From Eledone cirrhosa (lineage: Eukaryota), in assembly GCA_964016885.1 (NCBI GenBank), contig OZ024743.1, positions 326,802,001 through 326,866,000 of the forward strand: DNA of 64,000 nucleotides, in the 5' to 3' direction. The position numbers and the translations under genes are program-made. Shown one piece after another: positions 1-12,044 of the stretch; position 1 is the stretch's first letter, and the number at the start of each line of letters is the position of its first letter. The notes under the pieces are model-generated. The model saw only the letters and a program-made list of their open reading frames with translations. It was not told where the DNA came from and searched no databases.

Positions 1-1208
1 TTGCCTTTCATCCTTACGGGGTCGATAAAAATAAAGTACCAGTAATACACTGGGATAATTGCTGTGCCAAAAGTAGAAACAATTATTAACTCTTAACATC
101 CTGTAATGATTTAGCAGAAAATACTTAAAACGGATTTGTTAATTCATGTTTGCAGTATCTTTGCTAGTGGGCAGGTCTTCGAGGAAATTTGTAGTAGACT
201 TAAGTAAAGACTTGAATTTTTAATGCGATGCAGTCATAAGTTCTGTTTTGTACTTTTCAAGAATGTTTTGCTAATGTGGTTTCATGTGGTACAGGATATT
301 CAGAATTAAGTTGGTAGATAAAGAATCAATAGTGTCCAAGACAAAATACCTTGAATTTAGATTGTGTGTTAAATCCTGCCAAGGTGAACTTTGCCTTTCA
401 TCCTTCTACGATTGACAAAATAAAGTACCAGTCACATACTGAGTTCGATGTAAACAACTTTCCTCTCCCTCGAAATTGCTGGCCTTGTACCTGAATCAGA
501 AACCATCATTATATCCTGTCGAGGTTAACTTTGCCTTTCATCCTTACGGGGTCAATAAAATACCTTGTACCAAAAGTAGAAACAACTATTATTATTATTA
601 TAAGGACAGTGGATTGGCAGTATCGGTGGAGCATCAGAAAGATGCTTTGCAGCCTACAGTTACGGCCTTTGCTTTCTAAATTCAAATTCCGGTTGAAGTT
701 AACATTGAAGCAGAACATATGACCTTTCAAGGTCGATAAAATAAAGAACCAGTAATGTACTGGAATCAATTTAATCAACTCCCCCCCCTCAAAATTGCTG
801 GCTTTGTGCCTAAATTAGCAACCATTATTACAGTTGGATTGGCAGTATCAGTAGAGGGTCGGATGCCATGCTTTCCAGCATAGTTACGTCCCTTTACGAT
901 CTGAGTTCAAATCCCGCCGAGGTTGACTTTGCCTTTCATCCTTACGGGGTCGATAAAATAAAGTACCAGTAATGCACTGGGTAATTGCTGGCCTTGTGCC
1001 TAAAGTAGAAACAATTATTACAGTTACTGGGCAGTATCGGTAGAGGGTCGGATGCCATGCTTTAAAGCATATAGCTACCTCCCTTTATGATCTGAGTTCA
1101 AATCCGGCCGAGGTTAACTTTGCCTTTCATCCTTACGGGGTCGATAAAAATAAAGTACCAGTAATACACTGGGATAATTGCTGTGCCAAAAGTAGAAACA
1201 ATTATTAT
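1..1208 (+). mobile_element. Head-to-tail cluster of about 6 copies or fragments of a tRNA-derived SINE (family A)
   Basis: Recurring TGGCAGTATCGGTAGAG (A-box-like), GAGTTCAAATCC (B-box), TTGCCTTTCATCCTTACGGGGTCGATAAAATAAAGTACCAGT and GTAGAAACAATTATTA tail, at roughly 1-88, 370-500, 515-600, 608-830, 835-1020 and 1025-1208. Confidence 0.85.
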
Positions 1209-2260
1209 AGTCACTGCATTACCAAACACAGCTCCATGTACCTTGGGTATGTGCAGTGTTTCTTATGGTATTGTTATATTTATTGTATTGAGAGTACTCT
1301 TTACAATATGTGTGCAGTGCCTAGTAGTGTTATTTTCTGTGTCGTATATATTTGTAAGTCCTGGGGCTTTGATTAGGTATCTGTTATTGTGTTTTTTATC
1401 ATTACCAGATCACCTATTATTATAGGGAACCCATGCAAGAATGGAAAAAGACGGACATAAAAACGATGATGATGATGATGATTGTTTGTTTTCATCGTCC
1501 ACATTTAGGTTATTTCTATCTCCAGATTTTTATATTTGGATCATTTTTCCATTTCCTTGATAGATTATATGTTTTTGGTTTGATTTATAATGTTATTTAT
1601 ATAACATTTTAAAAGGCACTCAATACATGTGTGAAAGTGACGTCTGAACGAGTATCCTCCACTACCAACTAACTTACCCTCCACCTCTGGGTCCCAGCAG
1701 ACAGGATGGAGAATGCATTGTCCCAGAGGACAGCAAGGGAGACGCGTTGGAACAGCCACTCCACCTCGCGGGGCTTGCACCTGCGAGCAACCAACTCCAC
1801 TCTGGGGGAATGATACATCAGTTAGAAAGTTCTTTAAGATCTTTAACTACATTATCAGGTTGGCTGTCTTTGATCTCAGTGTCTGTATGTATTAGCATAT
1901 CCCGGAATATGGTTACTTTGTTATGCTCTGACACCTTTTCTAATGTATGTCTGTAGCACCTCTTTTCTGAGCTATTTCATAGATTTGGCATAACTTCCAA
2001 TATATGTAAATCCCAACTCTACCATGTCTGTAGATATACTCCAAGGGCAGCCAGAGACAATGTAGTTAACTGTTTTACCCCCCATCTCTACATATTCTTC
2101 AGTTACTATGTTCTGCTTCATTATGTATTTTTGGTGTGGTTTCTGGTGGGGAGGCAATAAGGAATCCTTCAGTCTCAGCTTTTTAGTTATTTGCTTCTTA
2201 GCCATTTTGTTAATTTTCCTTGTCCACTTCTTCCCTACTCATCTTTTATGGGTATGGCAA
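1209..2260 (-). mobile_element. R4/Dong-like non-LTR retrotransposon relic (zinc knuckle and restriction-like endonuclease C-terminus), interrupted at ~1425-1803
   Basis: Minus-strand translation across frameshifts gives TVNYIVSGCP..EYIYRHGRVGIYIYWKLCQIYE..VTIFRDMLIHTDTEIKDSQPDNVVKD..TDVSFP, and at 1290-1425 PIIIG..PGLTNIYD..KITLLGTAHIL. These match the RHD, PD and D motifs and the C-terminal pattern of R4-clade ORFs. Confidence 0.75.
1640..1803 (-). mobile_element. Possible CRE-clade LINE 3' fragment nested in the R4 relic
   Basis: GC-richer insert translating as EVEWLFQRVSLAVLWDNAFSILSA, resembling the QRLS.A.QRGNA..IL terminus of CRE-type elements. Confidence 0.45.
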
Positions 2261-2754
2261 TGTAGAGGTTTTCTTGCCATTGTTTTACCATTTTAGAGAT
2301 CTGTTTTTAATTTAGATTTTATTTTTTCTCCCCCATTTCTGTTGTTTCTTCTTTATTTTTTTCAATTTTCTTCAGTGGCCGGTTACAGCTGGTTTGAACA
2401 GAAAGAGACGAGAGAATTTTGGCCGAATACAGCCGGTTTCAATGCTAAGGGGTTAAGTCCTAAGTTCAAATGCCACCAAAGTCAACTTTACCTTTCATTC
2501 ATCCAGGGTCGATAATATAAAGTACTAGTCTGGTACTGGAGTTGATTTAACCAACTTTTTCTTCCCCGTAAGATTGCAGGCCCTGTGCCTATGTTAGAAA
2601 CGCTTATTATTATTATCATCATCAATTTTACTTTTCTACTCTCTGCTGTCAAATAAAAAAAAATCAAGTTTGAGGTATCTATTGGGGTTGATGCAATCAA
2701 CTATGCACTTCTGCTATGTATTTGCAAGCTTGTATCAATGAGATAAATTATTAT

Positions 2755-2948
2755 TCGGTGGATTGGCAGTATCGGGAGAGGATCGGACGCCATGCTTTGC
2801 AGCAAAGTGTTACGGCCCTTTATGGTCTGAGTTCAAATCCCGCCGAAGTTAACTTTGCCTTTTATCCTTACAGGGTCGATAAAATAAAGTACCAGTAATG
2901 TACTGGGTAATTCCTGGCCTTGTGCCAAAAGTAGAAACAATTATTATA
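2755..2948 (+). mobile_element. SINE family A copy
   Basis: Same head, body and tail as the 1-1208 copies. Further copies at ~4801-5030(+), 5978-6160(+), 6880-7115(-), 14760-14960(+), 22628-22862(+), 25272-25450(+) and 52888-53110(-). Confidence 0.85.
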
Positions 2949-4294
2949 TAAGCCAATGAGAGAACAGCTATGGATTGCTCAAACTGCTAAAAATAACAGC
3001 CAAATTTTCCTTGAAATGCCTCCCTTTTCATCATAGAAAAGGACACATAGAATAATTCAATAGATGCTCTGTACTACACTGTGCCAAGAAAAATGATAGG
3101 ATGGTCATGGCTGGAAAGTCTTTGATTATAGCTCTACTGAGAGGACTCTTCCATCTGGCCTAGCATGTGACAACTTCTCTAGTGTTGTAACATGATAAAA
3201 TGCACCCACTTCACTCTGAAAAGTAGTAGTGCTGATGTCATGACAAATGCACCAGCTCACCCTATAATATGGTTGGCATTAGGAAGGGCATCCAGCTGTA
3301 GAAACGATACCAGATATGGAATGTAATAAACAAGATTGGTTACTCTAATCTGTTTAGTTTCAGACCATGACAACCTATCCAACGCAGGCCTGAGTGAAAG
3401 GGGATGTAAAATAGTGATGATCATTATCAGAGCTGACCTGAGATTAAACAACAACAATAATCATTATTATATAACTCAACTTTTACAGGACAAGCATCAG
3501 TTCACATAGAGAAGCTAGAAGGAAAAAAGAAGAAAAAAACCCACTATCTTTTAAGTGAAAAGTTACTTGCACTGAATAAGTTAGCAAGCACCCCAGCTGG
3601 TGAATGGGGAGAGGGGTAGGTAGATATATCTTTGCATCTGCTTCACATTGCATAAATTGCATTTAGCACCTCCATGGAAAGGAGCCCTTGTGTTTCATGA
3701 GAAGAATGATATAATTTATTAATTCTCTTCCTGGCAAGACAACAGTCCATTCAGTTTAGTTCAGTTCATGTAAATGTGTTTTTCTTTTAGGTAAAGGAAG
3801 GAGAAGAAAAATATAATAAAATATAATAAAGATGAATGCACAAAAACCTCTATAAAACTAACCACAATGGGGTGGGAGGGGGGGAACAAGATGAACAAAG
3901 CAAATATTCTTTCTTCTATCAAACAACCAAATATTGAACAAGGAGATAATTTATTATTCTAAGCTAAGCTTAGCTTATTCAACTGCACCCTAAACATACC
4001 CAAATGAACCCTGTATGCTTTGATCTTCCATGGAGAAAGTCATTTTTTTGTGTTATTTGTCTTTTTCTATATTTTCCATTTGCATTATCATTTTTCTTTT
4101 CAGTTTTGTAAATATTTTGTAAATATTATTGTTTTTTATTTACAGTATTGATAGTTATTATTGTTGTTATTATTTTTACTAATTTATTTCATTTTTTTTT
4201 AGCTTTCTTTTAGGAAGCATTAATTATTTTGTTTTGTTATACATTATTAATTATTTTGTTTTGTTATACATTATTATTGTTGCTGTTGTTATTG

Positions 4295-4650
4295 TGGCCA
4301 CAGAGTGTCTGAATGGTTAAGAAGTTCACTTTGCAATCATTAGGTCCTGGGTCTGATCCCACTGTGTAATATCTTGGGCAAGTGTCATTTACCATAACCT
4401 CAGGTCAACCTAAGCCTTGTGAGACTGAAAATGGGTAGATGTAAACTATGTGGAAGCCCATTAAATAGACTGTAACTCTAATTCAAAAGGTGAGCCTTGT
4501 CACTCACTGTGTCATGCTGAATCTCTCTGAGAATTAAGTAGTCCACATGTCTGTGGAATACTCATCCACTTACATGTTAATTTTATGAGCAGACTGTTCC
4601 ATTCATTGAATATTTAGAACAATCTCAGCAAAACCAGCATAGGTCCAGTC
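4295..4650 (+). mobile_element. tRNA-derived SINE family B, CpG-decayed copy
   Basis: tRNA-like head (TGGTTAAG..., CTTGGGCAAG) and body CTGAATCTCTCTGAGAATTA..GTCTGTGGAATACTC..GTTAATTT shared with the copy at 13632-13918. Confidence 0.65.
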
Positions 4651-5811
4651 CGTTATTATTATACACACAGAAACACCCATTTCTGCCGTCCTGTGCTGTC
4701 CTTAATGTTATGCTTTGTGTCAACCCTTGTGGTTAATAAAGAAAACATTATTATCATTATTACCAAATTGCTGGCCTTGTGCCAATATCAGAAAAAATTA
4801 GGGCGGTGGATTGGCAGTATCGGTGGAGGGTCGGACACCGTGCTTTGCAGCACAGAGTTACAGCCCTTTACGGTCTGAGTTCAAATCTTGCCGAGGTTAG
4901 CTTTGCCTTTCATCCTTACGGGGGTCAATAAAATAAAGCACCAGTAATGCACTGGGGTCGATTTAATTGACTTTTCCCTTCCCTTCAAATTGCTGGCCTT
5001 GTGCCAAATGTAGAAACAATTATTACTATTTATAATAAATAAACAAATCATTATTATTATTATTATGTTGTTGTTTTCCTTCCACTTCTCCCCTCTTCCA
5101 CTTTTGTCTTTCTCTTCATTCTCTTTGATGAAATATCAGCAGTAAAAAAAAAAGTCCCTAAGTAGGGTTGGAAGGGTGAAAAGAAGAAAAGAAAGAAAGA
5201 AAAAGTTGAAAGGGAAATAATGTGAATGGGGAAAACTAATGAAGCATATAGTAAGGTGCATTATATATGTATGTAGTGCGAGAAGGAGTGTGTGTGTGTG
5301 TGTAAGGTTGCTGGTTCCCCTGTACTGGATTGGCACAATGTTTAAGGAGAAGATGATGGGCAGGCTTAGGCAACCATGAAACCTCCCATTGTGTGGGTTG
5401 ATAGTGGTGGTGGTGGTGGTGGCAGTTGGTTGTAATGGCAGTGATGATGGTGGCTAGTAGAGGAGGAAGAAGAAGGAAGGACATTGAACTCTCTCTCTCT
5501 CTCTCTCTCTCTCTACGAAAGCACTCATTCACTTTGGTGACAAAACTGGGTTGTCGGAAAAATAAATAAATAGATAAAAAGCCAGAACTGATAACTGGTA
5601 TGGAATGGATAAAGGAAGAAATAAAAATAAAATAAAATAATGTCTAATTTAGGTACAAGGCCAGCAATTTGGGGTGGGGGAATGTATTTTATCAACTTTG
5701 GAAGGATGAAAGGCAAAATTGACCTCAGAAGAATTTGAATTCAGAACATGAAGTGTCAGAATAAATACTACAAACAATTTTGGCTAAAAAGCAAGATCTA
5801 TAGGGTACTTT

Positions 5812-5975
5812 TCATCATCATCATCATTATTATCAACATCGTCATCATCAAGATCATCATTACCAACATCATCATCATCATCATTGTCATCATCATCATC
5901 ATCATCAACATCATTACCAACATCATCATCAACATCATTATCACCATCAACATCATTGTCAACATCATTATTACA
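5812..5975. repeat. Degenerate (CAT)n microsatellite
   Basis: CATCATCAT/CAACAT tract. A similar (GAT)n tract lies at ~22910-23125. Confidence 0.9.
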
Positions 5976-6254
5976 ACCTGGCAGTATCAGTAGAGGGTCG
6001 GACGCCATGCTTTCCAGCATAGTTACGTCTCTTTACGATCTGAGTTCAAATCCCGCCGAGGTTGACTTTGTCTTTCATCCTTACGGGGTCTATAAAATAA
6101 AGTACCAGTAATGCACTGGGTAATTGATGGCCTTGTGCCTAAAGTAGAAACAATTATTACAACCAGCATGATCATCATCAATAAGTCATCAGTGCCCTTG
6201 AATGCTGCCATTGTTGAAGTCAGAATAATTATCAACATCATTATTGATTGTTAC

Positions 6255-7695
6255 TAGGGCTGTACCAATTAATCAGCAGATAATTGGTATCAGCCATTTT
6301 GCCGATTAATTGGTATCAACTTATCAGGCAATCAGTTTTGATAATTGACCATTATTGTTTTGGAGCAAGAAAACCATGGATGACAGAGAAATTTGGAAAA
6401 CATTGGATTCAACATATAGAAATACATAAGAATCATATTTCCTAGGGAACAGAACATAATTTAAACCCTCCAGTGAAATATAACTCTGTTCCTGATACTC
6501 AAACAAACTGATCTACACAACTGGAATTTACTTATGACTGTCCTTAACTCTCTGTAAAGTAAAGGGTATCAACATAGAAGAGAGACCCACCTGAGAAGAC
6601 ATAATTTTATTTGATCTTTTAAAAACTCTATTATTGTATTACATATTCCAGCTGATAGGCTGAGGCCATCTGGGACACCACCATAGTAAAAAAAAATGCT
6701 TACAGCACCTAGATTTCCCAAGCGGTCACCCATCTAAGTACTAACTAGGCTTGATATTGCTTAACTTCGGTGATCAGACAAGAACCGGTGTTTTGAGCGT
6801 GATGTGGCCCAAAAAAAGAATAAACTTTTTAATATTTAAGATTCCGATATATTTAAAGGTATAGAAAATGTTTACATTAATAATTGTTTCTACTTTAGGC
6901 ACAAGGCCAGCAATTATCCCAGTGTATTACTGGTACTTTATTTTATCGACTCCGTAAGGATGAAAGGCAAAGTCAACCTCGGCGGGATTTGAACTCAGAT
7001 GGTAAAGGGACGTAACTATGCTAGAAAGCATGGTGTCCGACCCTCTGCCGATACTGCCAATCCACCACCCTAGCATGGTGTCCGACCCTCTACCGATACT
7101 GCCAATCCACCACCGTTTACATTAATAATGATTCCTGTTACCTTAACTTAGTCAAATATGCTACCACCTATAGTAAAATCAGTCTAATTTTGTCATCATG
7201 TACTTTCAAATAGCAGCTCAATAATGTTATAAAATTATAATTAACTGATGGGCGAGTTGTCCATGACACATATATACACACACCAGGTCCAAACACATAA
7301 GAACCAAACTCCCACTGTCACTGCCTCTGTCCCTCCCTATCTCTCACTATTATGTGCAAATGGCGGCCACCGTGCAGCCCTGGCGGAATGACTGCCCCGC
7401 AGCCCTGGCTGACAGAATAGAGAAGGCATTTCCATGGAGGATGGTGAGGGAGACACGCTGGAAGAGCCATTCTAGTTCAAAAGGCTCACACTTGCAAGTA
7501 ACCAACTATGTTGATGGTGGTGAGCAGGGGGGGTGGCCCTAGTGCCAATGTGATTGATAATGAAATATTACAATTAATTATATGCATTTTCATATCACAA
7601 TACATAATTGCATTATACCCAATTAATCAGTATCAGCTGATAAAACAAAGTCAATTTATTGGTAATTGGTCATTATATTTATTAGTTCATCCCTA
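6255..7695. mobile_element. Putative non-autonomous hAT-like element with nested insertions
   Basis: Imperfect TIRs: TAGGGCTGTACCAATTAAT at 6255 versus reverse-complemented TAGGGATGAACTAATAAAT ending at 7695. Subterminal AATTAATC/GGTATCAG repeats occur at both ends. The 8-bp flanks ATTGTTAC and ATTAACAC match at 5 of 8 positions. Confidence 0.5.
6698..6810 (-). pseudogene. 5S rRNA pseudogene (solitary, missing ~6 nt at the 5' end)
   Basis: Reverse complement GGCCACATCACGCTCAAAACACCGGTTCTTGTCTGATCACCGAAGTTAAGCAATATCAAGCCTAGTTAGTACTTAGATGGGTGACCGCTTGGGAAATCTAGGTGCTGTAAGC, followed by a T9 run. It is collinear with metazoan 5S rRNA (box A AGTTAAGC, box C-like GATGGGTGACC) and shows CpG-type decay. 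Confidence 0.92.
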
Positions 7696-8737
7696 ATTAA
7701 CACCACTACGTCCACCATTAACACCACTACATCCACCATTAACGCCACTACACCTGCCACTAACACCACTACATCCACCATTAACACCACTACGTCCACC
7801 ATTAACACCACTACATCCACCATTAACACCACTACATCCACCATTAACGCCACTACACCTGCCACTAACACCACTACATCCACCATTAACACCACCACAT
7901 TAACACCACTACATCCACCATTAACACCACTACATCCACCATTAACACCACTACATCCACCATTAACACCACTACATCCACCATTAACACCACTACACCC
8001 GCCACTAACACCACTACATCCACCATCAACAAACACCACTACATCCACCATTAACACCACTACAACCACCATTAAACCACTACATAAACCATTAACACCA
8101 TTACAACCACCATTAACACCACTACATCCACCATTAACACCACTACAACCACCATTAACACCACTACATTAACACCACTACAACCACCATTAACACCACT
8201 ACATCCACCATTAACACCACTACATCCACCATTAACACCACTACAACCACCATTAACACCACTACATCCACCATTAACACCACTACACCCGCCACTAACA
8301 CCACTACATCCACCATTAACACCACTACATCCACCATTAACACCACTACAACCACCATTAAAACCACTACAACCACCATTAACACCACTACATCCACCAT
8401 TAACACCATTACAACCACCATTAACACCACTACAACCACAATTAACACCACTACAACCACCATTAACACCACCACATTAACACCATTAACACCACCATTA
8501 CAACCACAACACCACTACAACCACCATTAACACCACCATATTAACACCACTACAACCACCATTAACACCACTACAACCACCATTAACACCATTACAACCA
8601 CCATTAACACCACTACAACCACCATTAACACCACTACATCCACCATTAACACCACCACATTAACACCACTACAACCACCATTAACACCATTACATCAACC
8701 AATAACCACACTACATCCACCATTAATACCACTACAT
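7696..8737. repeat. 21-bp minisatellite (ATTAACACCACTACATCCACC), about 50 units
   Basis: Directly visible tandem repeat. It produces the spurious Thr-rich and Val-rich ORFs. Confidence 0.95.
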
Positions 8738-9064
8738 CTTAGTCTTGCATGATTCAAGACACCCTCCCTATTATTGGTACCATGATAAAATACACCCAGT
8801 ACACTCAGGGATGGCATCTAACGGTAGAAATAATGCCCCAAATGGAATGTCTTAGAAAGTAGTAACTCCGAATAAGAATTGATTTGGACAGTAACAACCT
8901 ACCCAATCCATGCTAACATGGAAAGTAGGTGTAAAAAAATGTTGATGATAACACTACTTGTTATAGCATTGTCTCTGTTCATTGAAGTTAACATGGCCAA
9001 GAGGGTAAATAGTAGTGAAAGAAGACCGTATGCCAACGGATTGGGAGTTGAGTTCTCTCATCGA

Positions 9065-9740
9065 TTGGTATAAGGGGAAAGGCGACCCTCTAAACTGTGG
9101 CTCATATTGAGCAATTAAGTTATTGGAACATGGAATGAAGGTATTAGAAAGAGTGTTAGAGAAGAAGATAAGGAATAAAGAGAAGATTGATGAAATGCAG
9201 TTTGGATTTGTGCTGGGAAAAGGAATGATTGATGCAATTTTTATTGTGAGGTAGTTACAGAAGTAGAGACAAGAGGAAGAATGTGCTTTAGGGGTTTGTT
9301 GATCTGGAGAAAGCTTTCAATAAGATCCATGTGAAGTAGTGACATGAATGATTGGTTAGAGTAGTGATGACAATGTATGAGAAAGTGTATACAATTGTAA
9401 GGATGAAGGATGAGAACAGTGGCAAGCTTTAAGTGAAGGTCCCAGTGCTTCAGGGATCAGTATTAAGCCTACTACTATTTTTAGTTGAAGACTGCATTGG
9501 TACAGACATATGATACACATGGATGATGATCGATGGATGAAGAGGTGCCAAGAAATGCCGGTGGATGGAAGCTGCAGTAGAGGTAGACCAAGAAAGACCT
9601 GAACAAAGGTGGTGAGAGCCGACTTCAAATCGCTGAGACTCACAGAGAAGATGACGAAAATTGTGACAAGTGGAGAGATGCTGTGCTGAGAATGCCCCAT
9701 CAAACCCATGCAAGCATAGAAAAATGGATGTAAAATTGTT
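9065..9740 (+). mobile_element. Degraded, internally deleted RTE-clade LINE
   Basis: Remnant IKLLEHGMKVLERVLE..IDEMQFGFVLGKGMIDAIFIVR, FVDLEKAF and GRPRKT, plus the 3' tail AACCCATGCAAGCAT..GGATGTAAA shared with the RTEs at 55-60 kb. Confidence 0.8.
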
Positions 9741-9994
9741 TACTATGGGAATTGCCGTGTGCAGATGACTTGATGTTAATAATGTATGAATGGACTAAGG
9801 GAGAAGGTGAATAGGTGGAAGGAATATATGGAGGTAAAAGGTATATAGGTGAATATTGGAAAGACAAAGGCGATGGCAAGTGGTAAAGCATTTGTTAAGA
9901 TGGAAAGAACAGGAATATGGCCATGGGCATTGTGCAGAAAGAGTGTTGGAGTGAACCCCAATAAATATACAATATACATTGAGTCTGTACATCA

Positions 9995-10515
9995 AAAATG
10001 TCCAATTCCCTTTTCCTAGTTTGGCAAAAGCCGCATATGATCCCTCAGTGAATGCCTCCTTGAGGCACTGCTCAATCTTCTCTGCATTCAGTTGGTCTAC
10101 GTGGTCCATTTTGAGGTATAAAGCCAGTGCATTACCCTCAAGATACAGTGCCATGAGGCATGCCACATTTTCAATCTCTTTTAACATAGCAACCAATTTT
10201 ATCTTCCCAATCTAGGCAATAACACCCCCCTCACCACTGAAGGCTTTAATTGCATCACTACTAATTCTTATCTTTGTTGCCATATCTTCTGCGAGTAAGA
10301 GAAAGTAAATTAAAAAAAAACGCTGCTAAAATAACTTGAACTGAATCTCCCTGTGTGATGCTCAGCTGTTTCATGTCTGGCCAGAGAACATAGCAAAATT
10401 CACACTCATTTGTACTAGTCATCTCAGAATGTCCATACTCTGCTGTGGCACTTCCGATGTGACATCACTGGCCCCTCACTTCCAGCATGACCTCCCCTGC
10501 ACTTCCAGCTCCACA
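9995..10515 (-). mobile_element. Gypsy-like LTR retrotransposon 5' remnant (possible LTR plus gag N-terminus)
   Basis: From ATG at 10283: MATKIRISSDAIKAFSGEG..KIKLVAMLKEIENVACLMALYLEGNALALYLKM..EKIEQCLKEAFTEGSYAAFAKL, a gag-like pattern. The upstream segment begins with TGT at ~10515. No second LTR is seen. Confidence 0.55.
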
Positions 10516-10848
10516 TATATATATACACACATATATATGCATATATATGTGTGTATATATATATATATATAGACACACATATATATATACATACATGTGT
10601 GTATGTATCATCATCATCATCATTTTACGTCAGCTTTTCCCTGCTTGCAAGGGTGGGACGGGAACTGATTCTGGCTTGATTTCTACAGCTGGATGCCCTT
10701 CCTTTTTCTTTTTCTTGATTTATTACTTTAAATTGAGTCTGGCAAACCATATTGTTATAGTTTGTATTTTTTTCACCCTAGTGAACTTGGTCCTTTACAA
10801 TTCGAACACATGTATGTTTATATTTGTGTTTATCTCTCTTGTATATTC

Positions 10849-10902
<54 letters not shown>

Positions 10903-10914
10903 ATGTATGTATCA

Positions 10915-11095
10915 TCACATGGTACCATGGGCCCAGCACTATGTGTCAATAATTGTCACAGGTGTAGTGATTGTACCAGAGTTTTCAAGTCGCTGGCTGG
11001 ACTAAAAAGTCACACTCGTTCAGCGCATCGGTAGGGCTTCTCCTACATGGATATAAAGTAGTGGCCGTACTCGAAAACGAGTTGGCAGCCACCAT
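10915..11095 (+). mobile_element. LINE 3' end (RTE-like C2H2 terminus), first of two direct copies
   Basis: Translates as CSDCTRVFKSLAGLKSHTRSAHR*. Near-identical to 11402-11581, and both copies end in (TA)n. Confidence 0.7.
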
Positions 11096-11123
11096 GTATA
11101 TATATTATATGTATGTATATATA

Positions 11124-11577
11124 TCAAAGGGCAAAGAAGCTCTTAAGAGTCAATGGTCATCCAAAATCACTGGGAGAGATGACCCCTTAGCCTTTGTCAA
11201 GGCAGAATTCTAGGAGAAGGAAAACTCTGATATAACACCTGCAACCCTGATGATATCCAATGATGTTGACTTGTTCTTCTTTTTGGTAAATATCATCTTG
11301 GTTAAGAGAGTGGGACTGGCTTTGTGCAGTGCCTTTGCTCACTATAAAAGCTTCATGGCACAGGCATTGCTTTGTATCTGAAGATCTCTCTGCACTTGTC
11401 GTCACATGGTACCATGGGCCCAGCACTATGTGTCAATAATTGTCACAAGTGTAGTGTTTGTACCAGAGTTTTCAAGTCGCTGGCTGGAATAAAAAGTCAC
11501 ACTTGTTCAACGCATCGGTAGGGTTCTCCTACATGGATATAAAGTAGTGGCCGTACTCGAAAACGAGTTGGCAGCCA

Positions 11578-11581
<4 letters not shown>
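11124..11581 (+). mobile_element. Bipartite non-autonomous LINE derivative (5' UTR-like segment fused to the same 3' end)
   Basis: About 280 bp containing CTAGGAGAAGGAAAACTCTGA, joined to the ~180-bp 3' end and flanked by (TA)n on both sides. Confidence 0.55.
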
Positions 11582-11615
<34 letters not shown>

Positions 11616-12044
11616 TTATTTATTTATTTAACTGCTCTGAAAAACAACTGATGTTCGTACATTGAGCTATTCCTCTTACTGGTAATAAGGTAATTAAGAA
11701 ATTACTGACCCTCCTGTTTATAGTTGTTTATACTATATACATAACTATAAATAGTATTATTGTATATATATATATATTGTTTAATGATTCTGAGGAATTC
11801 AGTACAGAGGAATAAAATGGTACTTCCTAATGTATTTGAAAGAAACATAAATCTATTAAATAATATAATTTAAACCCTGGTTATTATATTCATTTTATAT
11901 ATACTCTGTGACTGTAAATTTACTAATAGGATTAAACTCTGAACTGTCTTTTATCAATCTTACTGTGGACTATAAAATCACATTTGAACTTTGAAATATT
12001 CTTTGATTGTATTATCAACTCATCTAATCTACCTTATATATATT

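Noticed and set aside
7656-8475. Thr-rich mucin-like ORF
   Set aside because: It is a 21-bp minisatellite with internal frame changes and no splice or signal-peptide support.
10960-11034. C2H2 zinc-finger gene exon
   Set aside because: It is a single finger at a duplicated LINE-like 3' end, and the second copy is disrupted.
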